Source of the DNA: an uncultured archaeon
Lineage (GTDB): Archaea > Nanobdellota > Nanobdellia > Pacearchaeales > GW2011-AR1
Direction of reading: 5' to 3'
NCBI GenBank assembly: GCA_902385635.1
Contig: CABMGN010000008.1
Span: 197,147 to 261,146, forward strand
DNA: 64,000 nt
A model generated the notes under the pieces. It ran no database searches, was not told the DNA's origin, and saw only the letters and a program-made list of their open reading frames with translations. Below are positions 27,684-38,138 of the stretch, one piece after another. Numbering within the stretch: the first letter of the stretch is position 1; every line of letters begins with the position of its first letter. The position numbers and the translations under genes are program-made.

Positions 27684-28777
27684 AAGTTCTAGTTACTGGT
27701 GGCGCTGGTTTTATTGGCAGCCACATAGTTGATAAGTTAATTGAACTCGGGCACAAAGTAACTATTATCGATAATCTTACATCTACTTCTGGGAAAAAAC
27801 CAGAATACTTAAACCCAAAAGCAAAATTTATCCTTGGCGATGTAAAAGATTTAAATCTTTTACAAAAGGTTTTACCCGAGACCGAAGTAATTTTTCACGA
27901 GGCTGCAAGTGTAGGCATAGCTCAATCAAATTATGAGGTAGATCCCTTCGTAGATAATAATTGTGTTGGAACTGCTAGGCTTTTGCAAGCTATAATAAAC
28001 TTAAAAATAAAACCTAAGCTAATCATTTCTGCTTCAAACACTACTTATGGAGAAGGTTTATATTCTTGTGAAAAACACGGAAAGTTTCATCCGGAAATAA
28101 GAACCCAAGAAGAAATCAACACTTATGGATTTGATCCTGTTTGTCCTATCTGTAAAGGCATATCTAAACCAGTACCAACTCCGGAAGAAACAGAATTAAA
28201 TTGTAATTCAATCTACGCTTATACTAAAAAATTTCAAGAAGAGACGTGTCTTTTCTTGGGCAAACTGTACGAATTCCCGGTGGTACTTCTAAAGTACTTT
28301 AATGTCTTCGGCCCACGGCAGTCCCTTTCAAACCCATACACCGGGGTTTCTGCAATATTCATGAGCAGAGTAAAAAATGGAAATAATCCACTAGTGTACG
28401 AGGACGGGAATCAAACAAGGGACTTTGTTTCTATACATGATGTTGTTGAGGCAAATATCCTTGCTATGAAAAAACTCGAGGCAAATTATAAAGTCTTTAA
28501 TGTCGGGTCTGGAATTCCTACAACCATAAATGACTTAGCCAGAGAGATTTGTACCTTGTACAAAAAAGATCTTAAAATAGAGACAACAAATAAGTTTAGA
28601 AAAGGAGATATAAGACATTGCATTTCCGATACTACTAGAATAAAAGAGATTGGATGGTCCCCGAAAGTCGGCATTAGTGAAGGTTTACGTGAAATATATG
28701 AATGGGCAAAAAATCAAGAAGCAGTAGACCATTTTGATAAAGCAAATGAGGAATTAAAAGAAAAAGGGCTTATTTAA
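27680..28777 (+). CDS. NAD-dependent sugar epimerase/dehydratase (UDP-glucose 4-epimerase family) with Cys4 zinc-ribbon insertion
   Basis: [11 protein letters not shown]; YxxxK-type SDR core; insertion [10 protein letters not shown]...CPICKG. Confidence 0.75.
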   Translation: MKVLVTGGAGFIGSHIVDKLIELGHKVTIIDNLTSTSGKKPEYLNPKAKFILGDVKDLNLLQKVLPETEVIFHEAASVGIAQSNYEVDPFVDNNCVGTARLLQAIINLKIKPKLIISASNTTYGEGLYSCEKHGKFHPEIRTQEEINTYGFDPVCPICKGISKPVPTPEETELNCNSIYAYTKKFQEETCLFLGKLYEFPVVLLKYFNVFGPRQSLSNPYTGVSAIFMSRVKNGNNPLVYEDGNQTRDFVSIHDVVEANILAMKKLEANYKVFNVGSGIPTTINDLAREICTLYKKDLKIETTNKFRKGDIRHCISDTTRIKEIGWSPKVGISEGLREIYEWAKNQEAVDHFDKANEELKEKGLI

Positions 28778-29759
28778 AAGGAATAGACAAATCTCCTGAC
28801 TTTATTTTTTCTTTATTCTTTATACAATAAGCAAGCGATCTAAGATAATGCTCGAACTCTATATAATTATTCTTTGAATTTTTGAGATTAAATAACGAGA
28901 GAAAACGATACAAAGAAATTCCTACTAGATTCCAGGTGAATCTTATTCTCATCTCAGGCATATCTTTGTAAAATAAATATAAATGGTTTATCTGATTCAT
29001 ATATATGGCTTTTATTTTTCTTTCAATAGTCCACTCCCTTTGTGGGTGATGGTGAGAAACCGAAGCAGGAATAGCATAAAGTCCATTATACTTTTTGTGT
29101 ATTCTATACGAAATGTCTACATCCTCTCCGAGAGACCAACCAAAAAAGTTTTCATCAAATTCCAAATCCTTGAAAACTTCTTTTTTGTATGAGGGGTCTG
29201 TTCCTGGAAACCATTCAGCCTTTACAGGTTTTCTTATTTTAAATGTTGAAGTATTCCCATAAGGGGAAGTTATTCTAAAAGAGGAATCATTACAGTTTCC
29301 TAATAGGAAAAGACTCTTTATTTTCTCTTTTAATTTAAAACCAGATTCTTTTAGTAAAGAATTTTCATACCCCCCTACATCATAGAACCCAAAGATTCCA
29401 TTTGCATCAAGAGTGTTATAAGCTTGGACTATTTCGTCCATGTAGTCTGGGCCAAGAGCAGCATCATCGTCTAAGAAAAGAACAATTTTTGTTTTTGAAG
29501 TTTTTTTAAGCCCCTTATTCTTTGCTATGGCTATAGAAGGTATCTCAGATCTCAGATATCTTAACCGCGGAATAAATTTTTTATACTTCTCTGTTTCCTT
29601 TTTTGTTTCTGGATTTTCACTTTGATCTACAACTAAGACTTCATAAGGTTTTGATTTTTGATTTTTTAAACCTTCAAGAGCAACTTTTATTTCTTCTGGG
29701 CGGTTATATGTGACAATAACTACTGAGATGTCTTTACTACTGTACATAAAATCATGCAA
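28770..29759 (-). CDS. glycosyltransferase family 2
   Basis: ISVVIVTYNRPEE...VVDQS...LFLDDD (GT-A DxD). Confidence 0.75.
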   Translation of the reverse strand: MHDFMYSSKDISVVIVTYNRPEEIKVALEGLKNQKSKPYEVLVVDQSENPETKKETEKYKKFIPRLRYLRSEIPSIAIAKNKGLKKTSKTKIVLFLDDDAALGPDYMDEIVQAYNTLDANGIFGFYDVGGYENSLLKESGFKLKEKIKSLFLLGNCNDSSFRITSPYGNTSTFKIRKPVKAEWFPGTDPSYKKEVFKDLEFDENFFGWSLGEDVDISYRIHKKYNGLYAIPASVSHHHPQREWTIERKIKAIYMNQINHLYLFYKDMPEMRIRFTWNLVGISLYRFLSLFNLKNSKNNYIEFEHYLRSLAYCIKNKEKIKSGDLSIPFK

Positions 29760-29840
29760 TTTTTATACTTAATAAGGTTTTCTTCATTATCTAAATCCCC
29801 TTTCACAAGGAATAAAAAGAAACCTTTACTATCCCTTTCT

Positions 29841-31391
29841 ATGAAAAAAGATAAAGAATTAGCGATTAAAACCCCCTTAAAAAGAATCGCAAAGTCTTCT
29901 CTTATTGTGTTCTTGGGAATTTTTATCTCTAAGTTTCTTGCTTATTTTTACCGGATTATTATCGCAAGGTCTTTTGGCCCCGAAGAGTATGGTCTTTATT
30001 CCTTGGCCATAATGGTTGTTGGTTTATTTGCTGCTTTAGCAGGATTAGGTTTAAGTGAGGGAATATTGAGGTTTATCGCGGTTTTTAGAGCAAAAAAAGA
30101 ACAAAGTAAAATAAAACACGTTTTTGGTTTATCTCTTAAGATTTGTTTTGCGACGAGCATCATGGCGGGGATAATTCTTTTTTTCTTTGCCGAACCAATT
30201 TCTCTAAGCATCTTCAAAAACGCAGGGCTCACTCTTTATTTACAGATACTTAGCTTAGTACTCCCTTTTTCGGTTTTATCCGGAATTTTACTTTCTACAA
30301 TAAGAGCCTATGAAAAAGTAAATTGGTACATCATCATTTATTACATACTCTTAAATGTTATCAACTTTATTACTTTACTCCTTTTTTTATCGCTTAACTT
30401 AGGAAGAACCGCAATTATTCTTTCTTATTTTGCGGGAATTTTCTTTATTTTTATCTCTTCTTTTTTTGTCTTAAGGAAATATTCTAAGGAAGTATTTGGC
30501 AAGTCTTCCCTCCCAAGAGAGGAGCAGAAGAAAACATTTAGAGAAATTGTAAAATACTCCTGGCCTTTGATTGCTCTCAATCTCTCAAGCTATCTTCTTA
30601 CTTGGATAGATTCCTTTTCTATAGGAATATATAATGGGGCTTATGATGTTGGAATCTATAATGTGGCTGTACCTATCGCCGGTTTGTTTGTTATTCCTTC
30701 TATGCTCTTTTCTCAGCTTTTCTTTCCAATTATTGTTCGGGAGATAGAAAGAAAAAATCATAATGTTGTTGAGAATCTTAGCAAACAAGTAAGTAAGTGG
30801 ATACTTATGCTAAATCTGCCCTTTTTAGGAATAGTGCTCTTTTTTCCCGGAGCGATTATTAATCTTCTTTTTGGGGCTAAATATCTTGGCGCTGAAAATG
30901 CACTAAGAATGCTTGCAATAGGTACTTTTATTTTTCAGCAAGCAGCAGTTTCAAAAGAGGCCCTTTACGCACTAGGAAAGTCAAAAAAGATTTTATACAA
31001 CTTCCTTTTTGCTTCCATACTCAACTTAGTTCTTAACCTTCTTCTTGTTCCAAAATATGGGATAAATGGTGCAGCCTTTTCCACCATGTTATGTTATATT
31101 GTTCTTGCAGGTTTATATGGATTTCAGGTATTTAGGGAGCTTAGTGTAATCCCTTTAAGAAGAAAGATGCTCACAATTATTTTGATAAATTTTATTCCCC
31201 TCATAGCCTTATTCTTTGTTAGAAAAATTGTTGAAATAACCCCTTTAAGCTTAATTTTAATTACAATCTCTTTCGTTTTAGTTTACATCCTTCTCATTTT
31301 CCTCACTAAATCCTTTGACCATTTTGATTACGAGATTATAAGATCTTTTTATGAGAAATCATTCTCCTTCTTAAGGAGATCTAAAAAGTAA
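29841..31391 (+). CDS. Wzx-like oligosaccharide flippase (MOP superfamily)
   Basis: Start re-chosen at MKKDKELAIK to avoid convergent overlap; ~14 TM helices; polysaccharide biosynthesis protein family pattern. Confidence 0.65.
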   Translation: MKKDKELAIKTPLKRIAKSSLIVFLGIFISKFLAYFYRIIIARSFGPEEYGLYSLAIMVVGLFAALAGLGLSEGILRFIAVFRAKKEQSKIKHVFGLSLKICFATSIMAGIILFFFAEPISLSIFKNAGLTLYLQILSLVLPFSVLSGILLSTIRAYEKVNWYIIIYYILLNVINFITLLLFLSLNLGRTAIILSYFAGIFFIFISSFFVLRKYSKEVFGKSSLPREEQKKTFREIVKYSWPLIALNLSSYLLTWIDSFSIGIYNGAYDVGIYNVAVPIAGLFVIPSMLFSQLFFPIIVREIERKNHNVVENLSKQVSKWILMLNLPFLGIVLFFPGAIINLLFGAKYLGAENALRMLAIGTFIFQQAAVSKEALYALGKSKKILYNFLFASILNLVLNLLLVPKYGINGAAFSTMLCYIVLAGLYGFQVFRELSVIPLRRKMLTIILINFIPLIALFFVRKIVEITPLSLILITISFVLVYILLIFLTKSFDHFDYEIIRSFYEKSFSFLRRSKK

Positions 31392-31458
31392 TTTTCTGTA
31401 TCCCCTTTTCGAGTTTGCTATAGAAACCATTATAAACTTCTTTTTTTCAATTCTTTTA

Positions 31459-32907
31459 ATGAAAGCAACGTTTATCTTTTATAATGTTCTTGAAAATAAA
31501 AACGCCTTTAGCATCCCCCTTTCTATACTCTCTTCTTGCCTTAAGAAAGCAGGGCACGAAGTTTCCCTTGCAATAGTAAATTCACAAGAAAAAATAACTA
31601 AAGAAAGTTTTTTATCTAGACTTTCTCCGTCAGATATCTTTGGTTTTAGTGCGCTAACCGGAGCGTTTCCTGAGATAAAAAAACTAGTTCTCTGGATAAA
31701 AGAGAAGTATCCTAAATCACTGATAGTTATTGGGGGAAGTCACGCCCTTCTAGACCCAGAAGAGGTTATTTCTTCTCCAGGGGTAGATGCTGTGTGTATT
31801 GGTGAAGGGGAGCATTGCCTTGTAGAACTCGCTAATAAAATAGATCGAAAAAAGGATATTTACGACACCAAAAACTTTTGGTTCAAAAAAAATGGAAAGA
31901 TAATTAAGAATCAGAGGCTCCCTCTAATCGAAGACTTAGATACAATCCCTTTTTTAGACAGAAACCTCTTTGATTACTACTCTTTAACTGATTACAAGGA
32001 TGGTAAACAAATGGTTGTTATGGCTTCCAGGGGATGCCCCTATAACTGCGGTTATTGTGCAAATCACCTCATTAGAAACCTTTATCCTAATAAAGAAAAA
32101 TGGTTAAGATTTAGAAAAGTGGATAATGTTATTAAAGAAATTAAGGGGATTCTAGAGAAGTTCGGGCCTCATGAAAGAGTAAAATTTGTAGACGATACAC
32201 TTGTCCAAAATAAAAAGTGGTTTGAAGAGTTAATAAAAAAGTATCCTAAAGAGATAGGATTGCCTGTTGATTGTCAGGTTAGACCCAACGAACTTGATCT
32301 GGATACCTTAGAGAAACTTAAAAAATTAGGTGTTGACCGTCTAGAGATGGGCATAGAATCTGGTAACGAATTTATTAGATATAAAATTATGAATCGGCAT
32401 ATAACAAACGAACAGATAATTAATGCTTATCATATTGCAAGACAGAACAAAATACCGGCTATTTCTTTTAATATAATTGGTTTGCCTTTTGAAAATTTTG
32501 ATATGATCCTGGATACTGTCAAAATTAATGCCCTAGCCAGACCCTCTTGGGCAAAAGTTTTATATTTTCAACCCTTCCCCCACACAGAATTACTTAATAT
32601 ATGCGAAAAATTTGGATTTATTAAAGAATATAAAATTTTACCAACCCTCTTTGAAGGAAGTCCTCTAGAATCACCCTATGTTTCAAAAGTTCAGTTAGAT
32701 TTTATTTACTCTAATTTTAGGCCATTAATTAAGTTATATCAAATAAGGGTTTTATGGCCTTTATTAGATATTATCTTTTCTTCTAAGCTCTTCCCTTATA
32801 AGTTTTTTATAAAGATTTCGCCTTTGATTAACTTAAAGGAGGTTCTTGGGGCTAAGTTTCCGCGAGAGATAAAATCTATTAAAAAATTAATTCTAAGAAG
32901 AAAATGA
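31459..32907 (+). CDS. B12-binding (class B) radical SAM enzyme
   Basis: N-terminal cobalamin-binding Rossmann domain (VIGGSHALL); radical SAM CPYNCGYC; downstream elp3-like region. Confidence 0.8.
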   Translation: MKATFIFYNVLENKNAFSIPLSILSSCLKKAGHEVSLAIVNSQEKITKESFLSRLSPSDIFGFSALTGAFPEIKKLVLWIKEKYPKSLIVIGGSHALLDPEEVISSPGVDAVCIGEGEHCLVELANKIDRKKDIYDTKNFWFKKNGKIIKNQRLPLIEDLDTIPFLDRNLFDYYSLTDYKDGKQMVVMASRGCPYNCGYCANHLIRNLYPNKEKWLRFRKVDNVIKEIKGILEKFGPHERVKFVDDTLVQNKKWFEELIKKYPKEIGLPVDCQVRPNELDLDTLEKLKKLGVDRLEMGIESGNEFIRYKIMNRHITNEQIINAYHIARQNKIPAISFNIIGLPFENFDMILDTVKINALARPSWAKVLYFQPFPHTELLNICEKFGFIKEYKILPTLFEGSPLESPYVSKVQLDFIYSNFRPLIKLYQIRVLWPLLDIIFSSKLFPYKFFIKISPLINLKEVLGAKFPREIKSIKKLILRRK

Positions 32908-33947
32908 CTGCAACTTTAATTTTTACTGATCATGCGGACTATGATAATCCCGAGATGATCAAGGCTCTTTGTTATGGTACATCAGACGAAAAATCCAAAG
33001 ATTATGGTAAAAGAGGGTTTATTGGGCACGGATTAACCTTCACTAAAAGTGTATTTGCAAAAACTAAGGAACCTTTTTCAGAAGAAAAAATAAAAAAACT
33101 TCTCACTTCTTATGGGAAAGTTCCAGCAGTAAGGAATAGATACAACTGGCAAGTTTTTGACGAAGAACGAGGGTTATCCCGAACCGTTCCTGGTTTAGAT
33201 AATCCTTGCTTCAGGAAGATTATGTTAAAATTGTCTAAGGACGGAATAGAGGTTTGCCCTCATTGCTTATCTTGGGAAAGTGTTTCAAGAGACGAAGCAA
33301 GAAAATTAATTCTTTTGTTTAAGCCATTTAAACCGAAAACTTGGATAGATCACGGAAAAAATTATTGCAAGAACTCTCTAGCTTTTGAAGGAGCAAAAGA
33401 ATCTAGTCCGTACTATGTCTTAGATCTTTTAAAAAAACAAGGATATGAATATGCCTGGGCTTATCAAGAGTATCCCTTTCGAGGAAAGTTAAATCTTAAA
33501 GAGCTAGATGAGAAGTTTATAGCCTATGACCAAGAAAAGAAGTTATGGCTCTTCAAAACTATCGAACTCAAACCCTCAGAGGTTATTTTTAGTAAAGCTT
33601 ACTCCCCGAGGAATATAGACCGTTTTATAGAAACCAAGGGCATTCATATAGCCCATGTTTATTTTTTTCAACCGGTTTTTGAAGTTCCTCGCAAAAGATT
33701 CCATTTCCGGGGAGAGAGGTTTTTTTGGTATATAAAAGATTTTTTTAAATGGAAAATTCTTGGTTTGAATTATTCTAGGCGGAAGGAGATCCCAAATGGT
33801 GTGCTTATCTGGGTAAATGATCATTACGAAATAGATCCAAAATTTGATCTCTGCCTAAAGTACATCGGAGAAAAACAAAAGGAAGGAAAGATAATCGTGA
33901 CCACAATTAAAAATTTTTTCAGGAGTAAAAATGAAAGACATAGTTAA
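32904..33947 (+). CDS. hypothetical protein translationally coupled to the B12-rSAM (possible deacetylase/hydrolase fold)
   Basis: ATGA overlap with the upstream stop; FTDHADYDN N-terminal motif; CPHC. Confidence 0.3.
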   Translation: MTATLIFTDHADYDNPEMIKALCYGTSDEKSKDYGKRGFIGHGLTFTKSVFAKTKEPFSEEKIKKLLTSYGKVPAVRNRYNWQVFDEERGLSRTVPGLDNPCFRKIMLKLSKDGIEVCPHCLSWESVSRDEARKLILLFKPFKPKTWIDHGKNYCKNSLAFEGAKESSPYYVLDLLKKQGYEYAWAYQEYPFRGKLNLKELDEKFIAYDQEKKLWLFKTIELKPSEVIFSKAYSPRNIDRFIETKGIHIAHVYFFQPVFEVPRKRFHFRGERFFWYIKDFFKWKILGLNYSRRKEIPNGVLIWVNDHYEIDPKFDLCLKYIGEKQKEGKIIVTTIKNFFRSKNERHS

Positions 33948-35910
33948 CTATTTAGATGAACTGAAAGGAAAGGCGATTCTTGAGAAGAAGTTTGTAGGAT
34001 TTTCGCTTGAATTTCCATATAAATCGGAAAAGGATTCTTTTCTTTTACCAATAAGAACGTCTAATAACTGTGTGGTTGGTGCATGTAAAATTTTTGATAA
34101 AAAGGAAGCCTTAGATCTTATCTCATTTCTAGACGGGAAAATAGATTATCTTTTTTTAGACTGTGAGACAAAAAATCAAGATTTCTTTGACATAGAAGAA
34201 AAAGCCAAATCTTTAATTAAGAGTTCTCAGGTTTTTTCTATAAAAGTAAATGATATAACTGCAAAATCAGCCGACCTTTTAATCTCTCAATTAGCTAGCC
34301 CACTACTAAACAAGCAGGTAGTAATAGTTGGGTGTGGTAATATTGGGTCTAAATTAGCAATGAAACTATCCGAGAGGGGCGCTTTGGTTTATATTACTAA
34401 TAAAGACCTAAAAGAATCTACTAAAGTTGCAGAGAGTCTGAATAATCTCATTCTTAATAAAGAAAATTGTATAACTCCCTTTGATATAAGTGATTTATCT
34501 TTTTTTGATAATGCTGACATCGTAGTGGGATTTTCTCCAAGTTACTCCCAAAGTATAAGCCCCCAAATGTTGGAAAGAGTAAAACCTAAATCGCTTATCC
34601 TCGACGGGGGAATTGGAACTATTCAGGAGAATTGTTTTAAACTAGACTTAAAATTTATCCGTTTAGATATTCGCTCGGGATTTTTAGGGTACATAGATTC
34701 GATTCTGAAAACAAATGAAATGATACAAAATGATCTAGGGGAAGTAGTTATTGGTGGCACGAAACTTGTTTCTGGAGGTTTTATTTCTAATGAAGGTACA
34801 ATAATCCTCGATTCTATAAAAAATCCCACTAACATTCTAGGGGTCGCTGATGGTAAGGGGGGATTAATACGGGAGGTAAAACCAACACTTCCTCCAGATT
34901 TTTTTAACCCCACATTCGTTTTCAGAGTTGATGGCGGAAGTTCCGAGTCTTGTAGACCAAGAAATGAGCAGGGCATGGGCCATATTACTAGAAGTTTAAT
35001 CTTTGCAGACTATCTTAAACAAAAGGGATTTAAGTGTTATTTCTTAATGAAAGACTTACCGGGAGTTAATCTAGTGAAGAATAAATACCCTGTAAAAATT
35101 ATATCTGAAAATGAAGACGAGGTAATCCAATTGGTGCGAGAGTTAACAAATGTTCCCAATGCGTACCTTCTCATAGATAAATTGGATCTTTCTGAAGAGT
35201 ATGTAAAGAAATTAAAACACTCAGCAAAGAAGATAATAACTATAGATAATAACGGGCCTGGAGCTCTTTATTCAGACATTAACTTTTATCCTTTAGTCAT
35301 TCCTAAAAAAAGATCTTACAAGGATCATGATGGGCCACAATTTTCTCTTATGCGAGAAGAATTCTATGATTTATACAAAAAGAAAGAAATAAATCATACT
35401 TGTAAAAACATCCTAATAACTTTAGGTGGAACAGACCCAACAAAGACTACCCTTAAGGTTATTCAGGCACTGAAGGAAATACCCGGCCTTCATTCTAAAG
35501 TGATTTTGGGAGCAGGGGTAACTTTTAAAGAAGAAGTAGAGAAAGCTGTTAATTCTAGCTTTGAGATTATAGAGAACAGTTCAGATATGGCCAAATTAAT
35601 CTACGAAGCAGATTTGGCTATAATATCTGGGGGGGTTACAGTTTATGAGTGTGCCTTTTTAGGTACCCCTGCCGTAATTATAAGCCATAACCGCGAGGAA
35701 TCTGAGCACTCTTTTAGAGGTTATGATTTTGCTATTAATTTAGGATTGACTTCCGAAGTTGATTCCAATAATATTTATAAAGAGGTTAGAGGACTCATAA
35801 ATGACTATGAACGAAGATTAAAATTAAGCATCTTTGGGAGTTCTTTATTTAAAATAAACTCCAAAGAAGTAATGCTTAAGTTAATTTTAGAAAATGAAAA
35901 ATTTAATTAA
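33931..35910 (+). CDS. fusion protein: N-terminal NAD(P)-binding Rossmann domain + C-terminal PseG/SpsG-like UDP-sugar hydrolase (GT28 C-terminal fold)
   Basis: N-terminal half VVIVGCGNIGSKLAMKL. C-terminal half FRVDGGSSESCRPRNEQGMGHITRSL...ILITLGGTDPTKTT, matching PseG motifs (GxGHxxR, LGGSDP). Confidence 0.55.
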   Translation: MKDIVNYLDELKGKAILEKKFVGFSLEFPYKSEKDSFLLPIRTSNNCVVGACKIFDKKEALDLISFLDGKIDYLFLDCETKNQDFFDIEEKAKSLIKSSQVFSIKVNDITAKSADLLISQLASPLLNKQVVIVGCGNIGSKLAMKLSERGALVYITNKDLKESTKVAESLNNLILNKENCITPFDISDLSFFDNADIVVGFSPSYSQSISPQMLERVKPKSLILDGGIGTIQENCFKLDLKFIRLDIRSGFLGYIDSILKTNEMIQNDLGEVVIGGTKLVSGGFISNEGTIILDSIKNPTNILGVADGKGGLIREVKPTLPPDFFNPTFVFRVDGGSSESCRPRNEQGMGHITRSLIFADYLKQKGFKCYFLMKDLPGVNLVKNKYPVKIISENEDEVIQLVRELTNVPNAYLLIDKLDLSEEYVKKLKHSAKKIITIDNNGPGALYSDINFYPLVIPKKRSYKDHDGPQFSLMREEFYDLYKKKEINHTCKNILITLGGTDPTKTTLKVIQALKEIPGLHSKVILGAGVTFKEEVEKAVNSSFEIIENSSDMAKLIYEADLAIISGGVTVYECAFLGTPAVIISHNREESEHSFRGYDFAINLGLTSEVDSNNIYKEVRGLINDYERRLKLSIFGSSLFKINSKEVMLKLILENEKFN

Positions 35911-36952
35911 AAACAAAATTGTGCTTATTACTGGGGGAACCGGGTCTATAGGTGCGGAGCTAGTGAGACAAACTCTTAAATTTGGCCCTAAACAAGTGAG
36001 GATTTTGAGTAGAGATCAGACAAAGCAACTTTATCTGGAGAAGGAATTAAATGAGTTTATTCGAGCAGAGTCACCTAATGTAAGATTTTTTATAGGAGAT
36101 ATTAGAGATAAAGAAAGACTAAAATCTATTTTCCGAGGAGTAAACATAGTATTTCATGCTGCGGCACTTAAGCATGTTTCTTCTTGTGAGTATAATCTTT
36201 TTGAAGCAATTAAAACAAATGTTTATGGCCTTCAAAATGTGCTAGAAGAGGCAGTTGCTAATAACGTTGAAAGATTTGTATATGTAAGCACAGACAAAGC
36301 AGTGAACCCCTCAAGCATTATGGGCCTTACTAAATATCTCGGTGAAAAGATGGTAGCAAATACTTACTATTACCAGGGAGCAAAGAGAACCCCTTTTGCA
36401 TCGGTCAGGTTTGGGAATGTACTCAACTCTTCTGGTTCAATTATCCCTCTTTTTAAACAACAAATTAACCAAGGAGGCCCGGTAACTATTACTGATCCAA
36501 ACATGAGGCGTTTTTTTATGCCCATACCCTCCGCAGCGCAATTAGTTCTTTCTGCACTTAATTACTCTCAAGTTAATGAAACATTTATACTAAAAATGCC
36601 TTCAATAAAAATTTTAGATCTTGCAGAAGTTTTAATACAAGAGTATGCCCCCCGGGTGGGGAAGGATCCCAAAGATATTAAGATTAAAATAATTGGGAGA
36701 TATCCTGGAGAAAAGGTTCATGAACAATTAATCAGTAGCGAGGAGGCTGAGTCTGCTGTAGAGATGAAGGACTTTTTTATTATTCGACCAAAGGTACTAA
36801 TCCCCTCTAAGCTGGGGCACATACCAAATTATATATATCCTAAAGGAGCAGGAAAACCAAAAACTAAGAGTAAAGGTTACTCTACTGCAGAAGTAACTCC
36901 ACTTACTAAAGAACAAATCAAGAAACTTCTGTTTAACCAAAATTTACTTTAA
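35894..36952 (+). CDS. UDP-GlcNAc 4,6-dehydratase (PseB/CapD/FlaA1 family)
   Basis: VLITGGTGSIG; STDKAVNP; TYYYQ... Confidence 0.8.
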   Translation: MKNLIKNKIVLITGGTGSIGAELVRQTLKFGPKQVRILSRDQTKQLYLEKELNEFIRAESPNVRFFIGDIRDKERLKSIFRGVNIVFHAAALKHVSSCEYNLFEAIKTNVYGLQNVLEEAVANNVERFVYVSTDKAVNPSSIMGLTKYLGEKMVANTYYYQGAKRTPFASVRFGNVLNSSGSIIPLFKQQINQGGPVTITDPNMRRFFMPIPSAAQLVLSALNYSQVNETFILKMPSIKILDLAEVLIQEYAPRVGKDPKDIKIKIIGRYPGEKVHEQLISSEEAESAVEMKDFFIIRPKVLIPSKLGHIPNYIYPKGAGKPKTKSKGYSTAEVTPLTKEQIKKLLFNQNLL

Positions 36953-38088
36953 CTGTTATCAATCATAGGGTAAGAAATAACTTTATCTTTGGGTATATCT
37001 ACTAGAGCCGTTCTACCCGATACATACTTTATATTTTCAAGAGTTGGTTTGATTCCAGTAGCAGGCCTTTTCCAGTCAAGGTCTTCTTCTTTTATTATCT
37101 CTCCACTTTTTATCGCTTTTTTTGAAACTAAGCTTCTTCTTGCCCCGATACTCGCAGCATATTCACAAGTTAAGGGTCTTTCTGGATTTTTTATCCCAGA
37201 CATCTTCTCAAAAACAACACCCAGCTCTTTTTCAAGAATTTCTTTAGTTAATTTTCCTTCTTCAAAATCCCTAACTCTTCTTACATACTCCGCAAATTCT
37301 TCCATACTCATAAATGACGCATCCGGATTCAATGGCTTCCCTTCTTCACCTTTAAACTTATTTATTGTACAATGCTTTTCCAAAAAACTTGCCCCATAGA
37401 AACAAGCAAGAACCCCCGAATCCCGAGTTAAGGTGTGATCTGAAAAACCTATAGGCAAATTATATCTCTCCCTATATTCCTGTATCGCTCTTAGATTACT
37501 GTCTTCGTCCTTTGTTGGATAGTCTAATATGCAATGTAGTAGTGCAACTTGGGGATTACCATTATCTTTTATTACTTTTAAGGCTTCGTCGACTTCATTA
37601 TGGGTTGCTGCGCCTGTAGAAAGAAGTATCGGAACTCCTTTTTGTGCGGCTCTTTTTAGTAATGAATGGCAGGTTATATCTCCAGACGCAATTTTTATTG
37701 CAAGAACTCCCGAGTCTACTAATACATCTACAGCATCTTCATCAAAGGGGGTAGAAAAAACGAGAATCCCAATTTTCTTACCATATTCTATTAGCTCTGT
37801 ATATATATCTCTCCTTAATTTATCTAAATTCCCAAAAGTATCTATCTGTCTTGTTGAGGGGTCATCTTCGGGCACGAGATGCCAGTAACATTTAGCTTCA
37901 GGAGTAACTAACTTATCTGCATAATATGTTTGAAATTTGACTGCATCGGCTCCAGCTTTTTTCGCCGCTTCTATTATTTTTTTTGCCTGGTCCATATCCC
38001 CTTTGTGATCAACTCCCGCTTCAGCAATTATGAAAATTTTTTGACCTTCACCAATAGACCGGTCCCCAATAATAATTTTTTCTGCCAT
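36949..38088 (-). CDS. nonulosonic acid synthase (NeuB/PseI/LegI family) with C-terminal SAF domain
   Basis: IIAEAGVDHKGD...AGADAVKFQTY; GFSDHT; C-terminal SAF/antifreeze-like domain. Confidence 0.85.
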   Translation of the reverse strand: MAEKIIIGDRSIGEGQKIFIIAEAGVDHKGDMDQAKKIIEAAKKAGADAVKFQTYYADKLVTPEAKCYWHLVPEDDPSTRQIDTFGNLDKLRRDIYTELIEYGKKIGILVFSTPFDEDAVDVLVDSGVLAIKIASGDITCHSLLKRAAQKGVPILLSTGAATHNEVDEALKVIKDNGNPQVALLHCILDYPTKDEDSNLRAIQEYRERYNLPIGFSDHTLTRDSGVLACFYGASFLEKHCTINKFKGEEGKPLNPDASFMSMEEFAEYVRRVRDFEEGKLTKEILEKELGVVFEKMSGIKNPERPLTCEYAASIGARRSLVSKKAIKSGEIIKEEDLDWKRPATGIKPTLENIKYVSGRTALVDIPKDKVISYPMIDNS

Positions 38089-38138
38089 ACATATCTTAGA
38101 AGGCGTTCTTTTAAAAAGATTCTTATACTACACAAAAT

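Noticed and set aside
36949-38088. Plus-strand ORFs 36989-37399 and 37529-37888 (136 and 119 aa)
   Set aside because: They are antisense to the NeuB-family synthase, which has clear conserved motifs. The translations are Ser/Leu-rich with no domain.
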